From: Leptospira biflexa
Lineage (GTDB): Bacteria > Spirochaetota > Leptospiria > Turneriellales > DYLW01
Reading direction: 5' to 3'
Length of the DNA stretch: 64,000 nucleotides
NCBI GenBank assembly: GCA_020721865.1
Contig: DYLW01000001.1
Span: forward strand, 13,563 to 77,562
The position numbers and the translations under genes are program-made. Shown here piece after piece: positions 9,409 to 18,934 of the stretch (position 1 is its first letter; each line of letters starts with the position of its first letter). The notes under the pieces are model-generated. The model saw only the letters and a program-made list of their open reading frames with translations. It was not told the DNA's origin and did no database searches.

Positions 9409-10848
9409 ATGGCTCATCCGGTTTGTGCGGTGGCCACTCCTCCCGGAAGAAGTGCGATAGCGATTATCCGGGCAAGCGGAAGCGGGGTTTTGGAAAAAAC
9501 CGCCTCCGTTTTTTTCCGTTCCGGCAAAAATATCAATCTCAGAGAATTTCCGCGTAAAGCAGTTTACGGAAATATCATAGATATACGATCCGGGAACGTC
9601 CATGTGGATGATGTGATAGTTCTTCCCTTCCTGTCCCCGGATTCTTATACGGGGGAGGACTCCGTGGAAATCCATTGCCATGGGAATCCGGTTATTATTG
9701 AATGGATTCTGGGAATTCTGTACTCCTTGGGGATGGAGCCGGCCCGTCCAGGAGAATTCACCAAACGGGCATATCTCTCCGGAAAGATGAATCTGGACTC
9801 GGCGGAGGCTGTCCACGACATTATAGAAGCCCGGGGAAAATACGAGCTCCAGAACGCCATTGCCCGGCGGAATGGGCAATACCGCACCCGGCTCTGGAAA
9901 ATACGCTCTCTTTTGCTGAATTTTCAGGCAGATGTCACTGCGGAGCTGGATTTTCTGGAAGAAAATTTGGAATTCCAGAGCCAAACAACAAAGAAAGAAA
10001 CCATCCGCAACGTCATGGAGGAAATCCGTATTTCTCTGGACACTGCGGAAAAAATGGATATTTACCGGGCAGGTCTATCCATCACGATAATGGGAACCCC
10101 CAATACCGGAAAATCCTCTCTGCTCAACTATCTTTCCGGATATGAAAAGGCCATTGTCACGGACATTCCCGGCACCACCCGGGACGCTGTGGAAACCTCC
10201 ACAGTGTGGGCCGGTATTCCGGTTACGCTCACGGATACGGCGGGATTACGGGACAATCCAGGTGATGCCATTGAACAAAAAGGAATGGAGATTACCTTGG
10301 AAATGTCATCCCGGAGCGATATTGTTTTTATAATGATGGACGCATCCCTGCCTCCGGAGGAATCCATTCCATCCACCCGAACCCAGGTCTCCCGGATTCC
10401 GGAGACCGGGAACATACAGTCTATCTGGATTTTATTGAACAAATGGGATATTGTCCATCCGGAGTGGGAGAGAAGAAAAACTCTTGCGAATATCGCAGAG
10501 GAAATGGGAATGGAGATGGGAAAAACCCGGGTTATTCCCATCTCCGTAAAAACCCGGTACAATCTTGTGGAGTTAACCCAGCAAGTGGAAAAGGAAATAT
10601 CTTCCCTGCATGTCCATGAAGAAGGGATGATGCTTTCCGCATGGCAAAGAGAAGATTTACGAAAAATTTTGGAAGAATTAAATTCTATTGACCAGATTCT
10701 AACGGTGAGCCCGGAGGGAAACCGTAATCTGGAAATTGTCACCGCATCCATGGATGCTGTGATGGGCTATCTGGGGGAAATCCTGGGGGAAATCACCACG
10801 GAAGATTTGCTGGGACGGATTTTCTCCCGTTTTTGCGTGGGAAAATAG
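9409..10848 (+). CDS. mnmE: tRNA modification GTPase MnmE
   Basis: N-terminal AVATPPGRSAIAIIRASG, G-domain motifs GTPNTGKSSLLN and DTAGLR, and the characteristic C-terminal FCVGK. Confidence 0.9.
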   Translation: MAHPVCAVATPPGRSAIAIIRASGSGVLEKTASVFFRSGKNINLREFPRKAVYGNIIDIRSGNVHVDDVIVLPFLSPDSYTGEDSVEIHCHGNPVIIEWILGILYSLGMEPARPGEFTKRAYLSGKMNLDSAEAVHDIIEARGKYELQNAIARRNGQYRTRLWKIRSLLLNFQADVTAELDFLEENLEFQSQTTKKETIRNVMEEIRISLDTAEKMDIYRAGLSITIMGTPNTGKSSLLNYLSGYEKAIVTDIPGTTRDAVETSTVWAGIPVTLTDTAGLRDNPGDAIEQKGMEITLEMSSRSDIVFIMMDASLPPEESIPSTRTQVSRIPETGNIQSIWILLNKWDIVHPEWERRKTLANIAEEMGMEMGKTRVIPISVKTRYNLVELTQQVEKEISSLHVHEEGMMLSAWQREDLRKILEELNSIDQILTVSPEGNRNLEIVTASMDAVMGYLGEILGEITTEDLLGRIFSRFCVGK

Positions 10849-10923
10849 CCAGACAGAAAGTTTAGATTGAAAGTTTGCGGATTTAAGACGAAGATTGGAT
10901 ATTAAAGAAACGGAGAATATTTC

Positions 10924-12027
10924 ATGAAAAAAGAAAATGCTTTAAAAATTCTGACCATCGCTTCCGCTGTACTGCTGGCGTTCAGCCTGACCTATATTTT
11001 TGCGGACAAAATCCAGGTGATTACGGTTTTTCACGATAATGAGCGGAGCGAAAAAAACATCGCCATGAAGGAGACACCTTCCCCGGAAAACAAATCGGCC
11101 ATTGTAAATTCTCCGGAGACTATGCCGGTTTTATCCCAACCTGACTTCTACCGGGGAATTTACTTAATGAATGCAACCGTTCTGAATACCAAAAAAGTGG
11201 ATGCATTCATCGCCAAAGCAAAATTATACCAGGTGAACGTTTTTGTGATTGATACCCAGACATACCAGTTCCATGAAAAAGCCATCCCGCCAGCAACGAT
11301 CCGGAAGATAAAAGCTGCCGGCATCTGGCCGGTGGCCAGGGTAGTGGTATTTAACCGTGGTTTTGACCACTATCCTGTTCCCCATTCCCTCAAACAGAGC
11401 CGCATTGATATTGCTAAACGAGCTATTCAGGCCGGGTTTCAGGAAATCCAGTTTGACTATATCCGGTTTGCGGATAACGGACATCTGGGACATGTGGGAT
11501 TACAGGAACGTTACGGAGTGGTGGAAGGTTTCCTGAAAGAAGCGAAAACGCAGTTAAAACCGATGAATGTGGTTATCTCTGCGGATATTTTTGGGAGAAT
11601 TCCATTAAATAAACAAGACCGCATTGGGCAAAAGATGGAGGGACTGGCTCCCATTGTGGACATTATTGCTCCCATGGCCTATCCATCCCATTATACCTGG
11701 TCCAAAAAATATTATACAGATCCCTACTACACCGTTTTCACCACTTCCGAACAGGGAAAAAAGCGGGCGGGAGAGAATGCCAAAATTGTTTCCTGGATTC
11801 AGGGGTTCCGGCTAAAATGGGAGCACCGGGTTGTGAAAATGGGCCTGGTGGATTATATTGTTGCCCAGATCAAGGCCAGTGAGGATGCGGGCATAAAAGG
11901 CTTTATGGTTTGGAATGCTTCCCAGCAGTATGAGCCCACCTGGAAAGCCATGGATATTTATTATAATAAAAAGAAAAATACCCCCGTGAGTATGGAGAAA
12001 TCCAAATCCCCGGTTCCCGGAACCTGA
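10924..12027 (+). CDS. Membrane-anchored putative glycoside hydrolase-like TIM-barrel protein (DUF4015-like)
   Basis: N-terminal TM helix. YRGIYLMNATV..VNVFVIDTQ..WPVARVVVF..AGFQEIQFDYIRF matches my memory of the DUF4015 pattern. GGAG lies upstream of the ATG. Confidence 0.6.
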   Translation: MKKENALKILTIASAVLLAFSLTYIFADKIQVITVFHDNERSEKNIAMKETPSPENKSAIVNSPETMPVLSQPDFYRGIYLMNATVLNTKKVDAFIAKAKLYQVNVFVIDTQTYQFHEKAIPPATIRKIKAAGIWPVARVVVFNRGFDHYPVPHSLKQSRIDIAKRAIQAGFQEIQFDYIRFADNGHLGHVGLQERYGVVEGFLKEAKTQLKPMNVVISADIFGRIPLNKQDRIGQKMEGLAPIVDIIAPMAYPSHYTWSKKYYTDPYYTVFTTSEQGKKRAGENAKIVSWIQGFRLKWEHRVVKMGLVDYIVAQIKASEDAGIKGFMVWNASQQYEPTWKAMDIYYNKKKNTPVSMEKSKSPVPGT

Positions 12028-12071
12028 AGGGAAAGTGGTTTACGCCGTCAGAAAAGATAAAACTTTCGTTC

Positions 12072-13589
12072 ATGCAGGAAAGCGAACTGACGCAAATACG
12101 GCTCCATAAGCTGGAGCAGATCCGGGAAACCGGGGTGAACCCCTACCCCAATTATTTTCATAAAGAAAAAAACATCCGGGAAATTCTGGACATGTTCCCG
12201 GAAAACCCAAATCACGAGAACCCACCGGAACCGGTGGAGGTGAGCACAGCGGGCAGAATTACAGCCATGCGTGCCATGGGGAAGGCTTCCTTCCTCCAGA
12301 TTCGGGATTTAACCGGCACCATCCAATTGTATGGGAATGATAAAACTCTGGAAAGCAATGAATACGCGATTTTTCAACTGACCGATCTGGGTGACATTGT
12401 GGGAATATCCGGAGAGATCTTTGTCACCAAAACCGGAGAACCCAGTATCCGTCTGAAAAAGTTTTCTCTTCTGGCAAAAAATATTGAACCCCTGCCGGTG
12501 GTAAAGGAAAAGGACGGGATGGTCTATGACGCCTTTTCCGATGTGGAATCCCGCTACCGCAGGCGGTATGTGGATTTTCTGGTAAATCCGGAAGTCCGGC
12601 ATGATTTCATTACCCGGAGCCGCATTATCCGGGAAATCCGGAATTATCTGGACCATGCCGGGTTTATGGAAGTGGAAACCCCCATGATGCAGTCCATTGC
12701 CTCCGGTGCCGCCGCGAAACCCTTTGTGACCCACCATAATACTCTGGATATGGATCTGTATCTGCGGATTGCTCCGGAGCTTTATCTTAAAAGAATGATT
12801 GTGGGTGGATTTGAAAAAATATTTGAACTGAACCGCAACTTCCGCAACGAAGGCATCAGTACAAAACACAACCCGGAATTCACCATGATGGAAATTTACC
12901 AGGCGTATGCAGACTACCGGGACATGATGCGTTTAACCGAGGAACTCTTCCTGCATGTGGCCATGAAAATCTACGGCACTTCCAAAATTCCCTACCAGGG
13001 AACCATCATCGACCTGACACCACCTTGGGAACGGGTGGAATATCTGGAAATTATCAAAGAAAAATCCGGGATAGATTTTGCCAAAATTCTGGCATCCCCG
13101 GAGCCCATGGGAAAGGCATCCCAGGAAGCGGAGAAAGTGGGTATTTCTGCCAAGGGATGTTCCACTGTATGGGAAATTGTGGATGAGGTTTTCTCCCAAA
13201 AGGTGGAGCCAGAATTAATCCAACCGATTTTCATCACCCATTTTCCTCTGGAAATTTCTCCACTTTCCAAGGAAGATCCCGAACGTCCCGGTTTTGTGGA
13301 GCGTTTTGAGCCCTATATTACCGGACGGGAAATGGGAAACGCCTTTTCTGAGCTGAATGATCCTCTGGAGCAGGAAAAACGCTTTTCCATCCAGTTGCAG
13401 ATGAAAGAAGATGGCCAGCAGGAGACAATGGAAATGGATGAAGATTTTATTTCTGCTCTGAAGGTGGGGATGCCTCCCACCGGTGGGCTGGGCATTGGCA
13501 TTGACCGGATGGTAATGCTGTTCACCAACGCCGCCACCATCAAAGATGTGATTGCATTTCCTCTGCTCAGAAAAAAGGATCCATCATGA
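12072..13589 (+). CDS. lysS: Lysine--tRNA ligase, class II
   Basis: OB-fold N-domain followed by class II motifs (RRRYVDFL, FMEVETPMMQ, FELNRNFRNEGIS, GGLGIGIDRMVMLFT). Confidence 0.92.
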   Translation: MQESELTQIRLHKLEQIRETGVNPYPNYFHKEKNIREILDMFPENPNHENPPEPVEVSTAGRITAMRAMGKASFLQIRDLTGTIQLYGNDKTLESNEYAIFQLTDLGDIVGISGEIFVTKTGEPSIRLKKFSLLAKNIEPLPVVKEKDGMVYDAFSDVESRYRRRYVDFLVNPEVRHDFITRSRIIREIRNYLDHAGFMEVETPMMQSIASGAAAKPFVTHHNTLDMDLYLRIAPELYLKRMIVGGFEKIFELNRNFRNEGISTKHNPEFTMMEIYQAYADYRDMMRLTEELFLHVAMKIYGTSKIPYQGTIIDLTPPWERVEYLEIIKEKSGIDFAKILASPEPMGKASQEAEKVGISAKGCSTVWEIVDEVFSQKVEPELIQPIFITHFPLEISPLSKEDPERPGFVERFEPYITGREMGNAFSELNDPLEQEKRFSIQLQMKEDGQQETMEMDEDFISALKVGMPPTGGLGIGIDRMVMLFTNAATIKDVIAFPLLRKKDPS

Positions 13590-14656
13590 AGCCATCGGTA
13601 ATACCATTCAAGCCATCGCGGAAAAAAATTGACATACTGGACCAGACCCGGCTACCGGGGAAAACCCACTGGGTGGAGTGCAAAACCGCAAGAGATGTAT
13701 CCCGCTCCATCACAAAAATGCATGTACGGGGAGCACCCGCCATTGGCGTTACAGCGGCCTATGGATTTTATCTGGAAATTTATTCATTACTGAAGAATGG
13801 GAAAAAGATTACCAAATCCACCGGAAAGGATACAAAACATTTCCTGGATTCATCCCGCCCCACCGCCGTCAATCTGAGCTGGGCAACGTCCCGCATGCTT
13901 CATGAAATGGAGAACTTTTTTTCGGAAAATTCCATACTGCCGGAAAACATCACAGATAACAATAAAATCCAGAATCAATTTTTAACCAAAATATGGAAAA
14001 CAGCGGAGGAAATCCATCTGGATGACGCCGCTCGATGTCTGGCCATGGGGAGCAACACGGCGGATCTTATTATCAAAACAATCCCCAAAGAAAAACTGAA
14101 TATATTGACCCACTGCAACACCGGATCTCTGGCCACAGGTGGCATTGGTACAGCTCTGGGAGCCATCCGGGTTTTGCATAATAGAAATAAAATCAATCGG
14201 GTTTACGCAGATGAAACCCGTCCGTTTAACCAGGGTGCCCGTCTCACCGCCTATGAGTTAGTGAAGGAAAAAATCCCGGCCACGCTGGTGGTGGACTCCA
14301 TGGCGGCGTATCTTATGCAGAAGGGAATGATTGACGCCGTTATTGTGGGATCAGACCGGATCACCCGCCGCGGAGATGTTGCCAATAAAATCGGGACATA
14401 TATGCTCTCTGTTGCGGCCAAAGCCCATAACATTCCTTTTTATGTGGTGGCTCCGCTTTCCACCTATGATGATTCCATTGAATTCGGGAAGGAAATCCCC
14501 ATTGAGAAAAGAGATGAGAAAGAGGTAACCCATATTGGAGGCAAACAAATTGCGGCGGAAATTCCTGTTTTGAACTACAGCTTTGATGTCACCCCTTATG
14601 AAAATATTACGTCCATAGTGACAGAGAAAGGGATTTTTGAACCATCGGGTTCATGA
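13586..14656 (+). CDS. mtnA: S-methyl-5-thioribose-1-phosphate isomerase (eIF-2B alpha/beta/delta-like family)
   Basis: LDQTRLPG, MHVRGAPAIGVTAAYG, TRPFNQGARLTAYEL and VGSDRITRRGDVANKIGTY. ATGA start/stop overlap with lysS. Confidence 0.85.
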   Translation: MKPSVIPFKPSRKKIDILDQTRLPGKTHWVECKTARDVSRSITKMHVRGAPAIGVTAAYGFYLEIYSLLKNGKKITKSTGKDTKHFLDSSRPTAVNLSWATSRMLHEMENFFSENSILPENITDNNKIQNQFLTKIWKTAEEIHLDDAARCLAMGSNTADLIIKTIPKEKLNILTHCNTGSLATGGIGTALGAIRVLHNRNKINRVYADETRPFNQGARLTAYELVKEKIPATLVVDSMAAYLMQKGMIDAVIVGSDRITRRGDVANKIGTYMLSVAAKAHNIPFYVVAPLSTYDDSIEFGKEIPIEKRDEKEVTHIGGKQIAAEIPVLNYSFDVTPYENITSIVTEKGIFEPSGS

Positions 14657-15561
14657 TGAAAATACAATTCGCTTTTTTTCTTTTTATTCTTCTGCCTGTT
14701 TATCTGGTTCACCCTTCTGAACTGGCCAATCTGAAAACCGTTTCCATTATTGAACCCGGACTGGCCGGAGTGGAAATCAACCAGAAAGCCCATTATCTCC
14801 GGGGGGGGAACTGGCTGTTTCTGCGGGAATATGGGCTGGTTCTTTCTGTTACCAAATCCACGGAGTTTGGGATCACAGCCCCGCAGATTGAAATGGTGCA
14901 GGGCGAAATCAGATATAACAGAATTGGTGATGTTTCTTTTTATGTGAACCATGCCACCGGAATCCTATCCCGTTATCTTCTGATAAATTTTTTTACAGAG
15001 ATCAACACCGGAAGCGGGCCGGCTTTTGATGACATCCAGAATAATCCACTGGAAGCTTATGGTTATAATGAATACCGGCTGGGATTTATTACGTTTAAAA
15101 ATTTCCGGTATTTTTCCCTGCATGGTAATCTTTTTTATAATTTTCGCTCCCAAGGTGAAAGCAATCTGAGCGAAGGAATCACCCTGAATCTTGCCATGAA
15201 AGATACGTATAACCGGGCATTTGGGTTCAATCCCAGCAGAAAGGAAAACTTTTTTTATAAGGGTAACTTTGTGAATGACAATCTGGAATACGGTCTGGGC
15301 ATTAATACCATTCTGTTTTATCCATTTGTTCCTTTCTGGGAGATCACCCTATCCCATGATTTTTACGGAAAGGATTCTCCGAACCATTATAAACAATCTG
15401 GTCCGGGTGCGGGAATCGTTAGTCTGGTCACCGCTGCCGGTGGAAAAATCTTTTTTTCTGAAAACAATTTCGCAGTAAAATTCTCCCTGCTTGTGCCCAT
15501 CGGCGGGCTTTATGATCTGTCTCCGGTGGGGTTTTCTCTGGGAGTCCGTCTGGATTTTTAA
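14653..15561 (+). CDS. Putative outer-membrane beta-barrel protein, function unknown
   Basis: Signal peptide (MMKIQFAFFLFILLPVYLV), alternating-hydrophobicity strands and a terminal ..GVRLDF. It overlaps the mtnA stop by 4 nt and contains a G8 tract. Confidence 0.5.
   Translation: MMKIQFAFFLFILLPVYLVHPSELANLKTVSIIEPGLAGVEINQKAHYLRGGNWLFLREYGLVLSVTKSTEFGITAPQIEMVQGEIRYNRIGDVSFYVNHATGILSRYLLINFFTEINTGSGPAFDDIQNNPLEAYGYNEYRLGFITFKNFRYFSLHGNLFYNFRSQGESNLSEGITLNLAMKDTYNRAFGFNPSRKENFFYKGNFVNDNLEYGLGINTILFYPFVPFWEITLSHDFYGKDSPNHYKQSGPGAGIVSLVTAAGGKIFFSENNFAVKFSLLVPIGGLYDLSPVGFSLGVRLDF
14801..14808 (+). repeat. Homopolymeric G8 tract inside the putative OMP gene
   Basis: Read directly: ..ctcc gggggggg aactgg.., encoding R-G-G. 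Confidence 0.9.
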
Positions 15562-16292
15562 AGATCATCCATCAGCATATCTTCATCGGATTGCGGGAAG
15601 GCCTGCTCCATGAAAATATCGGTGAGGATTTGGAATCTTTCATCCGGTTCTTTCCCTTCCTGCTGGAGTTGGAGGCGGTAACGCAGGATTAAATTTGCCA
15701 CTGTTCCATCTTCCAGAGTATGCTCAATGCGATTCCTGTTCAGAAAGCGGACACACCAGTTAATGTTATAATTCACGTAATCTCCAATAATATCCAGAGA
15801 GAGCATACTGGGTTCCATCTTTCGCAAAACTTCATTCAGATACAGAGCCTTTTTTATGGATGCCGGATTTTCTTTCATGCCAGAATGAAATTGCATGGAC
15901 ATGTTCTCATATAAATTCAGCCTGGGCTGATAATAAATCATGATATCCATGAGATATTCCGGGAAAACATTCATCACTTCCATCACATCAATGGGAAGAT
16001 CCTTTTCCTGAAAATAGGAAAAAATTCTACGTAGATTTTCTTTCACAGGAACGGGATCAATCAGAGGAATGTATAAGTATTTCACCTCAGCGGCAAAACG
16101 GGAATTTTTGGGAACATAGTATTCTATGGTGACCGGCTCAATATAATAATTATCCCGATCGGTTTCCACCAGATTCTCTGGATGCTCCGGAATAGCTTTT
16201 AAACGTTTGATACTTTCCGTATACACAGTCTGGGGTGCAGAACCGGAAAGAGACCGGAGTAACGTATTGGATATTCCTTCATAACTGGCCAC
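15558..16292 (-). CDS. Hypothetical cytoplasmic protein with an acidic C-terminus
   Basis: Long ORF with coding-like composition and no domain I recognise. It ends ..QSDEDMLMDDL. Its stop shares a TTAA with the convergent gene. Confidence 0.5.
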   Translation of the reverse strand: MASYEGISNTLLRSLSGSAPQTVYTESIKRLKAIPEHPENLVETDRDNYYIEPVTIEYYVPKNSRFAAEVKYLYIPLIDPVPVKENLRRIFSYFQEKDLPIDVMEVMNVFPEYLMDIMIYYQPRLNLYENMSMQFHSGMKENPASIKKALYLNEVLRKMEPSMLSLDIIGDYVNYNINWCVRFLNRNRIEHTLEDGTVANLILRYRLQLQQEGKEPDERFQILTDIFMEQAFPQSDEDMLMDDL

Positions 16293-16382
16293 AGTATATT
16301 ATCGGTTTGGGGGAGTCAGAAAAAAACCCCGGGGACAATATTATAGTTGCAGCGGCATCTTTAAAATGGTTAGCAGATACCG

Positions 16383-16694
16383 GTGTTTATGGAAAACGCA
16401 AAAAGCGTACGCTATGTTGTAACCGGAAGAGTCCAAGGGGTGGGTTTCCGAGCTTTTACCCGGGACATTGCCCTTTCTTTGGAACTGAACGGATGGGTCA
16501 GAAACCTAAGTGACGGATCTGTGGAAATTATGGCCCATGGCCCCACTGACAAAATCCATGCTTTTGAGGAGAAAATCCGGGTGGGACCATCGTTTGCCCG
16601 GGTGCTCCATATTGTTGTGGAAGAGAACCCCGCCGGCCAGAATCATATACAGAAAGGATTTCATATTGAACGCACTGCTTCCCATTCTTCTTGA
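16383..16694 (+). CDS. acyP: Acylphosphatase
   Basis: Signature VTGRVQGVGFRAFT and ..NGWVRNLSDGSVEIMAHG. The size is typical at about 100 aa. Confidence 0.85.
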   Translation: MFMENAKSVRYVVTGRVQGVGFRAFTRDIALSLELNGWVRNLSDGSVEIMAHGPTDKIHAFEEKIRVGPSFARVLHIVVEENPAGQNHIQKGFHIERTASHSS

Positions 16695-17958
16695 CTTATC
16701 TATTCTAATTCTCCTGGGGATTTTATATCCATTTTCATTGTTCTCATCGTCTCTGAGAAAAAATCTGCGAATGCCCCGGAATCTGACGGCAAGCCAGAAG
16801 AAAATTCTCCGGACGCTGGACAGAAGCCGGCAACGGGTTTTGTGGTTTCATGCTTCCTCTGTGGGAGAATATGAGCAGGGCAGAATTCTTGCCCAGAGGT
16901 GGAAAGAAAAAAATCCCGATGTGTTCCTCGTCTTCAGTGTTTTTTCCTTGAGCGGCTATTCCCAGAGAAAAGCGGACAGACTTCCGGATTTGTTTTTTTC
17001 CCTTCCGTTTGATTTTTCCTGGACGATGGGTCATCTGGCCGATGTGATCCGCCCAGAAAAGGTATTCTACGCCCGTTATGATGTCTGGCCAAACATGGCA
17101 CTGGCTCTCTTCCGCAGAAATATCCCCCAGTATATTTTCTCCGCCCAGATATCCCCCCGCTCACTGCGACTGAAAAAGCCCTTTGATTTTTTCTATAAAA
17201 ATATTTATGGAAAAATTAACCACATTTTCACCGTGGATACGGAGAATATGGAACGCTTCCAAAGGCTGTCTCCGTCGGTTTCTGTGGCCGGAGATACCCG
17301 GTTTGATGCCATAGAAGCCAGAATCCGGGACAATTCCATCGCCTCGCGGAAAGAACTTATTCAAAAAATAAAATCCTGTGCCGTTTCCCGGAAAATTCTG
17401 GTGGCCGGTTCCTCCTACCTGGATTCGGAAAAAATCATCATCCAAGCGTGGGAAAATCCTTCCATCCGGGATCAATTTATGGCCATTCTTTTTCCCCACC
17501 ATATCAACCCGGCCCATCTGGAAAAAATCAAAGAAATGATAAACGAAGCCGGCCTCTCTGCTGAACTATTGTCCCAAATGGAATTAAATCAGTATAAAGG
17601 ATGCCGGAAGAATAATATAATTATTGTGGATAAAATGGGATTGCTAACCCAAGGCTACTCCATGGCAGATCTGGCCTATGTGGGCGGAGGATTTGAAGGT
17701 TCTGTTCATACGGTGATTGAGCCGGTTTTCTTTGGCATACCCGTCATCACCGGTCCTCATATAGCAAATTCCACGGAAGCGGTGGAACTTGCGAAAATGG
17801 AATTAATACATCCATTGAGCGGGACAAACCCGGAGGATTTTATAACGGCCATGAAAGTCTGTCTGGATAAAAAGAAATGGATCAACCCCAGAATGCGGGA
17901 ATATTTCAACAGCAAGAAAAACGCAGTAAAATCAATTCTGAAATACTTTCAGGTATGA
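16666..17958 (+). CDS. waaA: 3-deoxy-D-manno-octulosonic acid (Kdo) transferase
   Basis: N-terminal membrane helix (LNALLPILLDLSILILLGILYPF), WFHASSVGE, and the C-terminal GGSF-like block VGGGFEGSVHTVIEPVFFGIPVITGP. The ATG at 16510 would overlap most of acyP. TTG 16666 (or ATT 16663) sits just before the helix, so the start is inferred. Confidence 0.8.
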   Translation: MNALLPILLDLSILILLGILYPFSLFSSSLRKNLRMPRNLTASQKKILRTLDRSRQRVLWFHASSVGEYEQGRILAQRWKEKNPDVFLVFSVFSLSGYSQRKADRLPDLFFSLPFDFSWTMGHLADVIRPEKVFYARYDVWPNMALALFRRNIPQYIFSAQISPRSLRLKKPFDFFYKNIYGKINHIFTVDTENMERFQRLSPSVSVAGDTRFDAIEARIRDNSIASRKELIQKIKSCAVSRKILVAGSSYLDSEKIIIQAWENPSIRDQFMAILFPHHINPAHLEKIKEMINEAGLSAELLSQMELNQYKGCRKNNIIIVDKMGLLTQGYSMADLAYVGGGFEGSVHTVIEPVFFGIPVITGPHIANSTEAVELAKMELIHPLSGTNPEDFITAMKVCLDKKKWINPRMREYFNSKKNAVKSILKYFQV

Positions 17959-17965
17959 TTGTCCA

Positions 17966-18874
17966 TTAGAAAAATCTCCGCCAGAAGGAATCCAGCTTCA
18001 GCCTCTTGCGGATTTCCGGAATCTTTTCGCAGGCGGTATCATAGCCTCTTTGAACAAATTCATCATGGGCATTATAATCCGCCCAGTGCAGTCCGGATAA
18101 ATCGGGTGAAATGACCATATCTGTTTTTCCGCACTGTGCACGGCGGATACGGTAGGATTCAATATCCACTGTACGGATCAGCACATCAATCGAGTTTAGA
18201 ATGGGATCTGTGTTGAAATCCGGCCCGGATAAATCCACTGTAATGATATTTTTGGGATTCAGCTCCCGTGCAGCTTCAATCCCCATTTTATCCAAAACCC
18301 CACCATCCACATATTTCTTTCCATCCACGGATTGAGGAGGAAGCATGAAGGGCATGGCAGCGGATGCCATCACACTGTTTTTCATGGGACCACGCAGGAA
18401 AGTCTTAGCTTCCCCCCGGTCAATATCCACAGCAACCGCTCCAAAGGGGATACGGGATTCCTCTATATTAATTCCTGGAATGAAAGGGCTTAAAAAATTT
18501 TCATATTCTTCCTGGGAAACCAGAGATTTCTTGGTGGCCATTTTTCCCAGCATTTCTGTCTGAAAAAATATTTTATTGAATCGCTTGATAATGGTTTTCT
18601 TCTGGTCATTCAGCATGGTAGTCCACTGGCCAATGGGAGTTTCCAGAAAAGCCTCTGCCGTGATCAGCTTTTTCAGCCTTTTTTCCACAAAATCGCTTTC
18701 CGGAACCACGGAATAAATGGACCCCACAATAGCTCCCATGGATACCCCCAGAATCATATCTATGGGAATTTTTTCCATTTCAAAACAACGCAATACCCCA
18801 ATATGGGCAAATCCCCGGGCCGCACCGGCTCCCAGAGTCAGAATGGTTTGGGGGCTTTTTCTGCCAGATTTCAT
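17966..18874 (-). CDS. Patatin-like phospholipase (RssA/NTE-type)
   Basis: Oxyanion GAGAARG, nucleophile elbow GVSMG and a DGG catalytic Asp block (YVDGGVLD). Confidence 0.85.
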   Translation of the reverse strand: MKSGRKSPQTILTLGAGAARGFAHIGVLRCFEMEKIPIDMILGVSMGAIVGSIYSVVPESDFVEKRLKKLITAEAFLETPIGQWTTMLNDQKKTIIKRFNKIFFQTEMLGKMATKKSLVSQEEYENFLSPFIPGINIEESRIPFGAVAVDIDRGEAKTFLRGPMKNSVMASAAMPFMLPPQSVDGKKYVDGGVLDKMGIEAARELNPKNIITVDLSGPDFNTDPILNSIDVLIRTVDIESYRIRRAQCGKTDMVISPDLSGLHWADYNAHDEFVQRGYDTACEKIPEIRKRLKLDSFWRRFF

Positions 18875-18934
18875 AATTCCATGGCTTTTGGATTGACAAT
18901 GTGTAAAGTATTTCTTTCTTTCGATGGCAAGGCT

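Noticed and set aside
17966-18874. Patatin phospholipase plus a cyclase in the same window, considered as a CBASS-like defence system.
   Set aside because: The cyclase (37375-39246) is 19 kb away. It is a membrane Cache-HAMP class III adenylate cyclase, not a CD-NTase. The patatin gene has housekeeping neighbours (waaA) and no associated cyclase or sensor domain.
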